Source: Nemertoderma westbladi (lineage: Eukaryota; Animalia; Xenacoelomorpha). From it: DNA of 56,454 nucleotides. The stretch covers positions 1-56,454 of the forward strand of contig JAUCBJ010000125.1 of assembly GCA_032718475.1 (NCBI GenBank), read 5' to 3'. Below are positions 44,051 through 56,454 of this stretch, one piece after another; positions within the stretch are counted from its first letter, which is position 1, and each line of letters starts with the position of its first letter. The notes below the pieces were generated by a model that was given only the letters and a program-made list of their open reading frames with translations, was not told where the DNA came from and ran no database searches. Made by a program: the position numbers and the translations under genes.

Positions 44051-45597
44051 TCGTGCCAGTGGAGTAGATGGTGTTCCCCCTGAGGTCTTTAAAATACCTG
44101 AGTGTTTAAAGCTCATCTATCCCATCATAGTAGACATGTACCGTACAACAAGAGTCCCACAAGAAATGAAAACAAATAAGTTGGTGCCAGTTCCCAAGAA
44201 AGGCAACCTAACACTCTATGGTTCTTTTCGGGGAATCTCATTGATCTCGATTGCTGCAAAACTATACAATAGAATTCTATTAAATCGCATCAGGGATCCC
44301 ATTGAGAGACTGCTACGTGGAAATCAGAATGGGTTCCGTAAAGGTCGTGGGACCATGGAGCCCATTTTGGCACTTAGAAGGATAATTGAAGAGTTATCAA
44401 AAAAGAAAGACAGGCATCTGGCTGTTATCTTTGTTGACTTCTTCAAGGCCTTTGATTCAGTCTCTCGCTCACGTATGTTCAGCATACTTTCATTATATGG
44501 GATTCCTGATGAAATTATTGCAGCAATCAGATCAGTATACGATGGTTCAACAACATTTGTGTCTACTGTTGACGGTGATACAGAACCATTTGAAGTGTTA
44601 TGGGGCGTCCTCCAAGGAGACACACTTGCACCATTCTTGTTCATTATTGTGGTTGACTATGTTCTACGCATGTCCTTAGATCATCATAATGATGATGGGG
44701 TGATGATAACTCCACCTACTGGCTCCAGAAGTCGAGGAAATCCTGCCAAGTACCTAACTGATCTAGACTTTGCTGATGACTTAGGAGTACTCTCAGAATC
44801 ATTAGAGGGAGCCCAGCGGCTCCTCAGCTCATTAGAACATGCTGCTTCTAGTGTTGGTCTTTTTATTAATTCCAGAAAGACAAAAATTCTGACAGTTAAC
44901 TTTGAAAGTCCTCAGCAAGTCTCTGATCGGATGAGCATAAGCTCAAAGGATGGTATGCTTGAGCATGTGGACGACTTCTGTTACCTGGGATCATGGATCC
45001 GGAAGTCAGGTGAGGACCTTCGAATACGTAAGGGAAAGGCATGGGCAGCCTTGAATAGGCTTTCCAGGATTTGGAAGTCACCTAGAATTAATCGGAAACT
45101 TAAGGTCCGATTATTTAGAGCAGCAGTAGTTCCAGTACTCCTCTACGGGAGTCCATGCTGGGCTCTAACTGCTGAGGACACCAAATCTCTGGATGGCACA
45201 TTCACAAGAATGCTACGCCGGGTACATTGTGTCAAGTACAATGCACACATCTCCAACCAGACACTATATAACATTGGAGGTGTCTCATTGGTTCCCCCAA
45301 GCTTGACACTAGAACAAAATCGGCTCCGCTTTGCAGGACATTGCTTTCGCCGTGAGGACCAGCCAGTGCATAATCTTGTACTTTGGCAGCCTCATGGAGT
45401 GAATAAGCATGGTGGACAACCCATGACTTTCTTGAGACGCATCTTAAAGGACACTGGCCTTGAAGATGCGGATGATCTAGCAAATGTCATGGGTGATAGG
45501 GAGTTGTGGCGGTGCGATTTTGTCGATAAGCCGGCACAGCATTCTTAAAAATGCAGCTGCAATGCAGCATGCCGATCCTAGTAGTAGTAGTAGTAGT
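44051..45597 (+). mobile_element. 5'-truncated RTE-group LINE with (TAG)n tail
   Basis: 13-bp TSD AGTATAAGGTTAA at 44038-44050 and 45598-45610; (TAG)n tail from about 45579. Confidence 0.92.
44136..45548 (+). CDS. RTE-group reverse transcriptase (N-terminally truncated)
   Basis: Motifs QNGFRKGR, FVDFFKAFDSV, GVLQGDTLAPFLF, LDFADD, FCYLGS and LLYGS..W. Confidence 0.9.
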   Translation: MYRTTRVPQEMKTNKLVPVPKKGNLTLYGSFRGISLISIAAKLYNRILLNRIRDPIERLLRGNQNGFRKGRGTMEPILALRRIIEELSKKKDRHLAVIFVDFFKAFDSVSRSRMFSILSLYGIPDEIIAAIRSVYDGSTTFVSTVDGDTEPFEVLWGVLQGDTLAPFLFIIVVDYVLRMSLDHHNDDGVMITPPTGSRSRGNPAKYLTDLDFADDLGVLSESLEGAQRLLSSLEHAASSVGLFINSRKTKILTVNFESPQQVSDRMSISSKDGMLEHVDDFCYLGSWIRKSGEDLRIRKGKAWAALNRLSRIWKSPRINRKLKVRLFRAAVVPVLLYGSPCWALTAEDTKSLDGTFTRMLRRVHCVKYNAHISNQTLYNIGGVSLVPPSLTLEQNRLRFAGHCFRREDQPVHNLVLWQPHGVNKHGGQPMTFLRRILKDTGLEDADDLANVMGDRELWRCDFVDKPAQHS

Positions 45598-45775
45598 AGT
45601 ATAAGGTTAACTTATGATCCGAGAAGTCCAATATGTAGCGACATAGAGTATGTAAACTAAAATACAGTTTGTACAACCCGTACAGGTGGAAACACAAAGT
45701 GCTTGATTATCGGAATTTATAGTGCCTGAATTTATTTCTCTATAATTAATAAAAATACTACTTGTTTTTACCTAC

Positions 45776-46085
45776 TACACGTCCGTGGGGAGTGACGCAG
45801 CACGCGAACTTTAGCAGGTTTGAAACAAGTTCGATTTGATCTGGAGGCAAAAGTTCGAGAGGTATTTGCCCGTAACGTAAAAAAATATTGGAACTTTTTC
45901 TCTTTTATGCCCATACAAAATTTAGTTGAAAATGTTTAAAATCTTCAAAAGTTATTTACGAAGGAATTTTTCATTACAAACAGACGGACGGACAGACAGA
46001 CGGACGCACGTCCGTCTGATTTTTTACGTATTTACTAATTATCATAGTGCGTTAAGGCTCGCCTTTACTACGTGGCTCGCCCAAC
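45776..46085. mobile_element. Second Helentron/DINE-1-like non-autonomous element
   Basis: TACACGT.CGTGGGGA...GCAGCACG start, (GACG/GACA)n, and AAGGCTCGCC..ACTACGTG.CTCGCCC end, all shared with 42085-42690. Confidence 0.55.
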
Positions 46086-46452
46086 AAGCGCAGAATACCA
46101 CGATCACGAAATTTTAAAAATTTCGTGTATCACCAAATTTCTGTTCCAGAACGAAAAATCCTCAAAGAATCCTCAAAGAAGTTCAGTTCCTGTACATAAG
46201 TTACGGTACAAAGTTATTGTACATAATTATTGTAATTTGTGGAAGTTTGGTGCCATACAATATAGTTTGGTATAAGTTGGATGCTGTTGGGTTGAATTTG
46301 GGTGTAGTTGCAGAGTTGGGTGGAAGTTGGGTGTAGTTGGTGAAGTTGGGTGGTAGTTGGGTGTAGTTGGGTGAATGTTGGGTGAAAGTTGGGTGTTTAG
46401 GCTGACCCGTGCAAACATAACACGGAACTGGTTCACGCTGTATTGAATGTTG

Positions 46453-47285
46453 TCAGTTGCCAATGCCAATGAGGTTCTTGAGATACTGACTCCGTGATTT
46501 ATTGTATCCCAACTTTTTCATAATAATGAAACCATTCACTGTAGAAACGTCGACCATATTCGAGAAAATAACAACGGGCCACCGATCTGTCTTTCTCTTA
46601 CACGTGAAGTGGCTGACTTGCTCATCCCTTAGATCTGTACCGAATTTAGTGCTGTTATAGTTATGTATAACAAAGAGTTTGCCATCCTTATTAGTTTCAA
46701 AAGGGCAGTGGCTACTTGATAGCATTATGACGTTTTTATCTCTCTTAGCCATGTAGGATACTAGGGTTATTTTATGTTCTTCATTGAACACAAACGCACT
46801 GGAATTAACAGTACGTTTCTTCGACAGCTGTAGCTCTGATGGAACCTCTTTTCTGTTCTTACGTACAGTTCCTAATAGAGTAAGGCCCTTTTTTTCTCAG
46901 TTCAACCAGTCAACCACCAATCGAACGAAGTAAAACAGTTGGCCATTATGATATTTCGGCCAGTTTGATAGAACGGTTCACACAGTTCCAATACGATATC
47001 TTTCCCCAATCCCCGATGAACTGCCTCACCCTCTAGTTTCCCACTGTATATGATACCTCCGAATGCATAACCAGTAGAGGCTTCGTTGATCCACAATTTC
47101 TTAGTACCAAACTTTTTAGGTTTGTTTGGCATATAAATCCTAGCTGGGACACGGCCTCGAAAACCTACAAGCTGTTCATCAACTCTCAGATTGACTTCAG
47201 CAATAATTCCCTTCAATAACTGGGCCTGAAGTATAGCGTATAGCAGCAAACTTATCTCCACCTGCTGCCTGTTTGCGACGGACGG
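46453..47285 (-). pseudogene. Degenerate piggyBac transposase (C-terminal half)
   Basis: DKFAAIR, VDEQLVGFRGR, YMPNKPKKFG, GTVRKNR, YNSTKFGTD and RKTDRWP spread over several frames. The second catalytic D reads A (MANCFTS). Confidence 0.9.
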
Positions 47286-48114
47286 AATCGAACGGAGTAT
47301 TCCGAGTTCCTCCTTCTTGGCTAACTCGGCCTTGGCCACCGCAAGTTTCTTGGAGTCGAGATGATGAGCGCGAGCGTGTAGAGGAGGTCCCTCGGTTACG
47401 ATGTGGTGTTCCACGCCATGTTTATTCGCCGCAGTGGGCTCGAACCTCGGGATGAGGAGTTCCGGAAACTCATCGAGGAGTTGCTCGCAGGGGCTGACGT
47501 GGTCGATGTGGATGCTGGCGATAGCGGACGAATAGCAAGCGATCTTGGTCGGGATTGCTCTAAAGTTCGACATATCGATGAGGGATCTCCCTGCGAGGTC
47601 GATGGCTAACCGGTTGGCGAAGAAGAAATCGGCGCCGAGGATTGGTGTGGTAACGTTGGCAACATGGAATTCCTGCGTGAAGACACGCCCCTTACCAAGG
47701 TGGGGGTGGATCAACCTCTTACCCCACGTGGCGATCGGGCTTCCATTGGCAGCGACCAACGGGGCAGTGGGGACGCGGTTGCGTTTATCGCCAGGTGTGG
47801 CGGGGGAAACCGAGACTTCGGCTCCGCAGTCCACCAGATAAGTTTGGCCACTGCGACGATCCCACACAGTCATCGTCCTCTTCGCATTCTAGCCGACCAC
47901 GGAGACGTTTAGCGGCCGGCCCCAGCATTTCACGGACCGTGAGTCAAGGCCGGTTGAGAAGGAAGAAGGTGGCTGAGTCGACAGCCTCTGTAGCTGCAAT
48001 TCCGTGCAGCGTTCCTGAACTTCTTATGGAAGAAGCAGAGGTTCGAGTTGGGAGACTGTGTTGTACTGGCGGGGGCGGCGTTTCTCTGCACACCGGCGAT
48101 TCCAACTCCAATGG
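47286..48114 (-). mobile_element. Ty3/Gypsy fragment (gag C-terminus, protease, start of RT)
   Basis: CFFHKKF...ARNC...C gag knuckle, YLVDCGAEVS and PILGADF protease, HGVEHHI.T.GPP. GC-rich. Confidence 0.85.
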
Positions 48115-48692
48115 TGTGACGGGATCCGAGAATCCCGACCAGTTGTTTTATTTACGTGTCCCCGCCGTGTGTGAAAAGTGTTTGTTGTTAGATTGAGAGT
48201 TCCAATGTTGTTCACAGATATGTATAAATATAATAATAGACTAAGGTATAAGCATTAAGCACAGTTAATGGATGACTAAGTTAACATAAGGAATAATATA
48301 TGAGATGGTGGTGGTGACGACGGTAATAAAAGTCACTGTTCTGCCCTAACTGTACTGAGCAAACTAACTGAATGATATAAAAACACCAACTGGTTATATT
48401 GCACTGTTGGCCTTGCTACCCAGATGATGCCTCTCCTATCCCCCATTGGCTGATAACCTAATTCTCGCCTTTTCTATTGCGGGAGTGTTTCCCCCCCGCT
48501 GCTGTTACTTTCCTTCTCCCCGGAGGCTTAACCTCTAACCCCCATTGTGTGCGGCCCTTTGGGGTTTGTCGTCCCCGTTTATTGGGGGTGATACGAGGTT
48601 GGTTGGTAATCAACCTCGTACTCCCCAATATTGCTTAAAGGCACCGCTTTCCCAACTTTATGGGGTGGTTAGCGGAATTGAATTTGCTAACA
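48115..48692 (-). repeat. Putative 3' LTR of BEL element 2
   Basis: TG...CA bounds. Minus-strand GGGGGGAG tract (48693-48700) directly precedes TGTTAGC; AATAAA near 48150. The partner LTR is not visible, so ends are inferred. Confidence 0.6.
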
Positions 48693-49749
48693 CTCCCCCC
48701 ATGCTATCTTCCCGGTGAGAAGATAGCATCCACCTCTAGTGCGCTCAATTCCGCTGGAGCCCGATCTACCATCGGGTGTGGGGTGGAGTTATTTTCTTGG
48801 AGTCGGCTTTCCAGGCCGCTCCCTATGGGTATCATATTTGTTACCCACTCTTGGTGCAACTTCGGCTATGTTGCACCAAGACATCTGGTGTCTCAGTGTC
48901 GGGCCGATTGTGCATTTCCCTCACACAATTTTTGTTTCCCCAACACTCTCTCCACTCTAACTCCGCTCTAACCCTTACTCCAACTTCTCAACCGCTCTAA
49001 CTCTTACTCCTCCCCCCCGCACTTGAATTGCACTCCTCTCACTGTCCCCCATCCTGTCAAAAACCTCATCTCCATTCTCCCCCCCGATTCCCATTCTCGC
49101 TTTCGTTCCTTACACACTTATCGGGCCCCACACATGAGCGCTCATGTCGGTGGGAGCCGTCCAAGTCCCGTCCTGTCGCCCTAGTCAATTAATCCCCCAT
49201 CCCAGTAGCTAATTGGAAAAAGGTTGTGCTTGACTATGGTACATACTTTATAATATATATACGAATTACTTATATAATTATTATAAGACTATTATTATCA
49301 TATATTATATTATATACTCATCTACATAACGCGCTTCATTCTTTCTCGGCCTTTCTCGGCTAGCGACTTCTTCCAGTCGCTTCTCCTCAAATCTATCCGC
49401 TTCCAACTTCTCCCACGTGATATGTGTATCCACCTCCCTGTCTACTAGATGCCGGCTGTTGTATTGCACCGACTCGCCCTTCAGCCCCGGGTGGTCTACC
49501 AGACCTTGAAGGCCACCTTGAAGGCTCTTCTGTAGTTTGGAGGTGATCCTGATATTCTTAATTTTTATTTTGTTTTGTTTTATCTCTGTTTGCCCCTGTT
49601 CTGTGCTATTACCCTATCTACTTAATGGATTATTCTGTTTTATAATCCATATTCTAGCCTACTCTATGGACTTGTGCAGTACAGCAGTATGTATCGCGTG
49701 GCCTACACAATTTATCCAGCTGCACCCACGTGCCCCCCTTTGGCTATTT

Positions 49750-50110
49750 ACTACTAACTCTACTAACTTCTTAGTTAATCTCTACTAACTTATTATATAT
49801 TTTATACATATCCTCCTACCACTATCTCTTACTGCTAACGGTACTATACGTACCCTCCTACTAACTTCTCTACTAACTCCTACTACCGGTACTACGTACC
49901 CTCTTACTAACTAACTCTCCAACTAACTCTTACTACCCGGTACTACGTACCCTCTTACTAACTAACTCTCCAACTAACTCTTACTAACCGGTACTAAGTA
50001 CCCTCTTACTAACTAACTAACTTCTCTAACTAACAGTACTACGTATCCTCTTACTACTAACTCTTACTGACTTCTGTCTTCCTACTTACCTACTACGTAC
50101 CTATTATGTA
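49750..50110. repeat. CTAA/CTAC-rich minisatellite in the BEL 2 3' internal region
   Basis: Repeated ~52 bp unit GGTACTACGTACCCTCTTACTAACTAACTCTCCAACTAACTCTTACTA. Confidence 0.85.
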
Positions 50111-50229
50111 CTATTACTACTTTCTATTACTTTCCTTTATTTATTTTTATTTTTTATTTTTTATGTGTGGGGAAGGGCGTCTCGCCCTCAATCCCACCCC
50201 CCTCAGTCCAAAACTTGGACGACCAAACT

Positions 50230-53200
50230 CTATGGTGCGCCCTCTAGAAGGCAGCACTTCCCTACAGCCCTCCTGTAGGTCTTCCTATCTTTCGCTCCTA
50301 TCTTACCACCTATCCGCACTTCTACCGATCGGACTCTTCCGTCCTCATCGGAGTAAGTGCCCACAACTCTCGCCAATCTCCATTGGTTGTTGATGATGGT
50401 ATCGTCCGTGACAATCACCAGATCACCCTCCTTCAACTCCCTATTTGTATTTCTCCACTTGCTTCTCCTATGAAGCGTGGGTAGATATTCCTCGACCCAC
50501 CTCCTCCAGTACTCCGCGCTTGTCGCCTTAGCGACTTTCCAACTCTGTCGGGAGTGTATATCGTCTGGGTCTACACCCCGCATGTCGATGGTCGCCGGCC
50601 TCTCCATTAGAAAGTGGCTGGGTGTCAGCACATCTAATGACTCTGGGTCATCATTTTCTGGATATAGCGGTCTGCTATTAATGATACCCTCGCACTTCAC
50701 TAGTACCGTCCTTAGCACGTCTTCGGTTACCATGTGGGTGTTCATCAACTTCGTCATTAGACGCTTTGAACTACCCACGAGTCTCTCGACGCATCCTAGA
50801 GTATGCGGAGCATACGGCGTCCTCCTCTCCCACTTCACCTGTCGTCTTCTCATGGCTGCCCTGACTTCCTCTCCTTCCATGATGTCCAAGGCATCTGCCA
50901 GCTCGTTCTCTGCCCCCACAAAGTTGGTTCCGTTGTCGGAGTATATTACTGCGATCGTCCCACCTTTGCGGTCTCTGAACCTTTCTAGGGCATTGATGAA
51001 TGCCGATGCGGTTGCATCTTGGGCGAGTTCTATCCCTACCGCCCGCGTGTTGTTACATACGAAGATAATGCCGTAGCGCTTCTCCGTGTGCCGCATCACC
51101 TTAATCTTTATCGGCCCGAACATATCCACACCGTAGTGCGTGAATGGCGGGTCGTGCTGTCTCACCCTACTGGCTGGTAGTGGCGCCATCTCCTGTATGG
51201 CTCGCTCCTTCTTCGTTCGTCGGCAGGTCTGGCACTGCCCCACTACCGCCTTTACCTTCTTTCTTAACTGTTTGACCCAAAAGGTCCTTCGTATCTCCGT
51301 GAGGGTTCGGTTGGTGCCCCCGTGCAATATCGACTTGTGGGAGTCCCAGATGATCTGGTGGACTATCGGCGATCCATTAGGGATGATGATGGGCTTTGGT
51401 GGAATGATGATACTGTTGTTGTTCAACACCCTAGAGTTCATTACTAAGATTCCATCATCATTGAGTTGTGGCGACAGCGCGATCAGCTCACTGTCCCGTC
51501 GGAGATGCTGTTGTTTACCGACGCGTTCCACCTCGTCGCCGTAATTCTTTCTCTGTTCGTAGCGGATGACGGCCTTGGCCGCTCCCTCCAGATCGATGGT
51601 TGTTTTATTTTTTATGTCTTTGCCGACTCCCTTGAGGAAATCCCCGAAGGCTCTCCAGTACGCCACTAACTTCTTGGTCTTGTACCAACTTGAGCTGTAG
51701 CTAAGGAGTTTGTCCGTCGGGTTATCGCACAGTTCTTCCGGTTTTGGTTGCACGTCCCTTATCTCCCTCACCATCTGGCTATATATCTCTTCACCCTCTG
51801 AATCTCCTCCCTCTTCCTCTAATGCTACTTCCCCTGAGCCCGGGTCCACCTTCTCTCATCGGTGGCCAGGCTGTCTTGTCGTTCAGGAATTGTGGCCCGT
51901 GCTGCCACAGTACTTCCTTCTTCAAGAAAGTGTGGCGTGCCACGCCCCTCGATAACAAGTCCGCTGGGTTCTCATCCGTTGGGCAGTAGTGCCACCTTTC
52001 CAACTCTGTCGTTGCCCTTATTTCGTCCACCCTGTTTGCGACGAATATAGGGTATCTCGTCCTTTCGTTATGTAGCCAACCAAGCACTACCATGGAGTCC
52101 GTCCAGTAGTGTGTTTCCACTATGTTGGGAATAGCGTCCATCAAGTAGGCTGTGGCCCTAACTCCTAACCTCGCAGCTGTCAACTCGAGTTTCGGAACCG
52201 ATGCTGAATCTGGCGGTGTCGACTTCGCTTTGCTGAATGCGAGTCTGGGCTTGTGAGCCCCCTCTCGTTGTACTAAGTAGAGTGCCGCTCCGTATGCCTC
52301 TAATGACGCATCGGAGAACATGTGTAGATCCAGATTCGTCATGTCCCCATCCGGGAAATACACGCGTGGCATGCTGTATGTTCCCATCTGCTCTAAACTC
52401 TCTGTCCACTTGCACCACTGCTTGCTGATCTCTTCCGGTACCTCTGTGTCCCACTCGTCCTTTAGCTTGTATACCTTCTTAAGTATTTGCTTCCCCGTGA
52501 CTAGTAATGGGGATGCTAGGCCTAAGGGATCGTATATCCTTGCTATGTACGATACATAGCCCCTCTTTGTGTGGATGTCCGCCCCCTCCTGGCTTAACTG
52601 GTACTTCAACTCGTCTGTCTCTCGGTTCCACACGATCCCTAATGCCTTCTGTTGGGACTCTACCCTTTTGTTCGCCATGTCCTGTCCCTTGGCTGTCGTG
52701 GGATTATCCATGGTCGACTCTGGCCTCCTGTCCTCTATGGCTTTCATGAACTCTTGCGAGCTGGATTGGAACTTGGTTAGGTTAAACCCGGATCCTTTTA
52801 GGATGTCGCGAACCTCGCGCCCCGTATCCAGTAGTTCCTTAACCGTATTTCCAGACTCCATCCCGTCGTCTACATAGAAGCCGCGTCGAATCATATCGAC
52901 GGCTTTGGCGCTATATTTATCTTCTTTCCCTTCTACTGTGTCTCTACGGCCACAGTCGTCGTAAATGAAGACGACTTGGCTCCCATATTCTGTACTACCA
53001 TCTTGTACATCGGTATTGTCGACGGTTCCTCGTCGCCGTTGTACCATAGGAAGCGCTGACTGTCGCTATCCTCTTCCGTTACACGGACTTGGTTGAACAT
53101 GCCTTCGATGTCGCAGGTGAAGGCGTGTTTCCCGTTCCTGAATCTGAGTAGGACCTCGATCCCTGAGTTATAGATATTGGGACCCTCCAGCAGATAATCG

Positions 53201-56200
53201 TTTAGGCATTTGCCGTTGGTCTTAGCCGATGCGTCAACTACCATCCGCAGTTTACCTTTCTTTGGGTCTAGAGCCACGTGGAGTGGCAGGTAATAGGTCC
53301 TGTCCGTGTTCGGTTCGTCGACCGGTAGCTCTACGGCCCATCCTTTCTCGACATACTTGCTAATCGTCTTATGGATGTACTCATTCTTTTCGGGGCTCCG
53401 TTTTAGCGTTTGCTTCAACTTGCGAAGCCTCGTGAGTACCATTCCTTTGTTGTCGGGTAACGGTAGTTTTGGTAGTTTCCATACCATCCCTATGGTATAC
53501 CGCCCCTCGTCGCATCTCATCGACTCCTTTACGCTTTGTAAAGCCTGCTTGTCTTCTACCGAGGTTCCGACCCCGGTCTCTTTCAATCCCTCAAAATCCT
53601 GTCTAAGCAGCCTCCTGAGCTGCTCCTCCGCTCCTTTGTCTTCCATCTCCCGCATAGTTCCCGCGAACATGCATCCTGATGTCTCCGACATCCTAAATGG
53701 TATCTTGGTTTTGATTGGGCCGCTCAGCGTCCACCCGAATGGTGTTAGAATCGCCACCGGGTCACACTGCCTGTCTTCGCCGAAGACCGTCTGCATTCTC
53801 TCGTGGGCCGTCGGGCAGTCCATTCCTACTATAATGGATACCTTCCTAACGTCCACATCTGGTATTGAGAAGTCGATGCTGTCCAGGAATTTATATTGTT
53901 CGACCTCGATGTTGGTTGGTCGCCTGGCATTGATATTTATCGACTCTATCACCTGGATGGGGTCGATGGTCGCCCCATAGTCGCATCCCGGTGCTATCGC
54001 TGCTATCCCGCACCGTCCAGTCCTCATCTCCAGGACCTCATCTTTGCTGGAGATGGTTGTTACCGCCATTCTACTTGGCCTCGTCCTCAATCCTATCTCT
54101 TCGGCCACCCAATTCTCAACCAACGTGAAGGCTGCTCCACTGTCGACCAGCATCAGCGTGGTTACTGATCGATTGCCTTCCCCAATCACCCGCACTGGTA
54201 CTACCCCGAGTAGTACCGTTCCTCTCTTCTTTGCCCCTACGGTGCTCGTTGCCATCGTCTGCCCTTTGCCTTGACCGAACTTAATTGGCGTTTCTTCGCA
54301 TTGGTCGGCTCTATGTCCACCCGTCACACACCGAGAACAAACTTCGTTCCTCCTCGCGTATTCTGTCTGATCTTCTCTGGGTAGTGCTTGCCAATATCTG
54401 CAGTTCATTGTCTGATGAAGTGCGTTCGTGTGCAATTGGCATTTGTTCTTTGGGTTATAGCCATCCTTGTATAGTGCGCTGCGTATCGCACTTGCGTTCG
54501 TACCAAAGTCCCTACTGTTCTTATTGCTTGGGTTCGGCCTACTGGGCGTCTGGGGTTATGTTTATTTGTGTTGTTATTTTTCCCCTGTCCGCTCCATGGT
54601 GCAGCCTTACCCCCGGCTACATGTGGACTAGCAGTCCCCTGCGTCGCCGCGTATGGCAGCGATTGTCTGAGCTTTGGCAATGCGTTCGCCGTGTTGTGTT
54701 CTGGTTTCGGCCTACTGTATTCGGTCTTTGGTCCCTTTCCCAGGCTATCCTCGCTATAGACTGGGTCTGTTATTAATTCGGCTTCATAGTTCAAGAAGCT
54801 CGACATTTCTTCTAGGCCCGGTTCCACACCCTTCTTGTCTCGAGTGGAGAAAGCAATCTTCCTCCACTTGTTGCGCAGCCACATCGGCAGTGCCTGCGCT
54901 ATCGTGGTGATGTTATTAGACGCGTTGAGTTCGTATGGTGCGTCTAGCGTCTTTAGCACGATTAGCGCCTTCTCAACTTTGTTCGCGAATGTCTTTATGC
55001 TAACGGGGTTATCCTGTAGGCCACCCGATGTTATCCCTCTCAGGGTCTGCCGGATGATCTTGGCCGGGTGCCCGTACTCCCTGTCTAGTGCCCGCCATGC
55101 TGTCGTGAAGCCGCCCTCGATGCCCTGGTATTGCCTCACGATGTCGTATGCTGGGCCTCCTGTATACACTTGCAGATATTTTAGGCACTCCGCTTGTGTC
55201 AAATTCTTCGTTAGTATTTCATTACTATACATGCGCCGAAACTGCAGATATTCTTCCGGCCTACTTCCATCGAATTTAAATGGTTCTACGGGTGGTAACT
55301 CGATCCTGGTTTTTAATGCATCGATTAGTGTAGCCATTCCCATCGCTTGTGCTTCCAATGGGTTCGATGGATGCTGTATAGATTCTCCCGTTGGGTGCGG
55401 TCCGTTCGTCCTATCTGCTGCTTTTCTTTGACTTGGATATATCATTGGGGGTAGCGGCCCCCTCCATATTTCGGTGTCGCACGATCTATTCTCGTCCAAG
55501 GGGTTCGATGTTCTTATTCCTACTGGGGTATATTGTTGATATTGTGATGGGGGAATGTCACCCTGTCCCCCCCCCCCCCCCCCCACCGGTATGTTTGATA
55601 CTGGGGTTGATGTTAATATATTGGGGCCCATGCACCTATCCGCAATAACTCTCCCCTCCCCTGGATATATGTTATGTCCTTGCATGCTGTAGTCATACTG
55701 CTGTGCTGGTACCGGTATAGGCCTATCCACTTCTGGCCTACCTACCGGTATATACTCCGCGACTTCCGGGTTTAATCCCGTCGTCCACGCTACCCTATCG
55801 CCTACATTATCTCTCCCAGCATGGCCTATAGTATGTGCAGTAAGGCCTACAGTATGTCCTGCAGTCTGTATGTGTCGCTCGGGATCGAAGTTTAATCTTC
55901 TCGAATAATCCTCCCCGCGGCTACCGTATTCTCGATCGGTAGGTAGATCCCGTCGGGAAGTTTCTCTTCGACCCCCTCTACTGTTCTCGTCCTCGTACCG
56001 GTACACCCTGTACCCTCCTCTCGGTGTATAGTACACCTCGTCAGGTCGCGTTTCTCCGGGACGACGGCAATCTCCCGGAGTTCGACCCCATCGACTCTCG
56101 AACTCCATCTCTACTACCGACGGCTCGCTATCCGTCCTCGCTCTCCTGTCGTTCGCAACGACACTTCTTCTACTCTCTTCTCTTCTTCTTTCTGCAGTGC

Positions 56201-56375
56201 AGTATCCCCGTTCGTGAGATCTCTCGTCGACCTCCCGGTTAAACTCCACTGTCCTTCTTCCCTCTTCTGACTGGGCTCGACGTCTCGTCGCTCGCCCTCT
56301 CGCGACGTCAACCTCTCTCTCTCTACTCGGTCGCACGCCGCTGGGGATACTCGCAACCCCCCTACTATTCTCCAT
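50230..56375 (-). pseudogene. BEL/Pao gag-pol broken by at least three frameshifts
   Basis: Overlapping ORFs: gag (KFDG...Y..F, 54405-56375), protease/RT (LVDSGA, RFLW, 52933-54435), RT/RNase H (YVDD, FSDAS, 51791-53047) and integrase (GVDMFGP, SDNGTNF, 50230-51849). Confidence 0.92.
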
Positions 56376-56454
56376 CGCCGGGTGCTGCGGTTCACCTAAT
56401 TCGCCCCGCGCATTATCCGCCGACGCTTGTGGGACACTCTTTGCCCCCCCCCCC

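Larger units (their letters stand above)
48115..56454 (-). mobile_element. Second BEL/Pao retrotransposon; 5' part lies outside the window
   Basis: Putative 3' LTR, polypurine tract and frameshifted gag-pol. Confidence 0.9.

Noticed and set aside
46902-47873. Apparent protease-transposase fusion ORF (323 aa)
   Set aside because: Chance in-frame junction of a Gypsy fragment and a decayed piggyBac. The piggyBac DKFAAIR motif is in another frame and a catalytic Asp is lost.
49750-50110. Repeat arrays as CRISPR-like
   Set aside because: Tandem minisatellite without unique spacers, in a eukaryotic context with no cas genes.

Overview
AT-rich animal (probably invertebrate) genomic DNA made almost entirely of nested mobile elements around one clear host gene, an intronless Ashwin-like gene at 3461-4021. 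The main structure is a minus-strand BEL/Pao LTR retrotransposon at 6960-41591, with LTRs about 99% identical and an ATTAG target-site duplication. A complete 18.8 kb Polinton/Maverick (adintovirus-like) element sits in its 5' leader at 21473-40259, with AGTAGT termini, ~525 bp TIRs and a 6-bp TSD. The Polinton carries a packaging ATPase, integrase, two tandem minor capsid genes, core-protein genes, a major capsid protein, a protease and a frameshifted pPolB. It also has unusual accessories: a TBP-like protein, a PC4-like protein, a DnaQ-fold protein with a Maelstrom-like ECHC pattern, a RING finger, a TATA-box array and a long hairpin. The BEL element has no tRNA primer-binding site; the bases after its 5' LTR are instead complementary to a site inside the LTR, suggesting Tf1-type self-priming. 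The rest of the window holds a hAT MITE, a CR1/L2-group LINE fragment, an RTE LINE with a TSD, Helentron-like non-autonomous elements, and a piggyBac/Gypsy/second BEL nest running off the right edge. All protein assignments come from motif recognition by eye; no searches were run.
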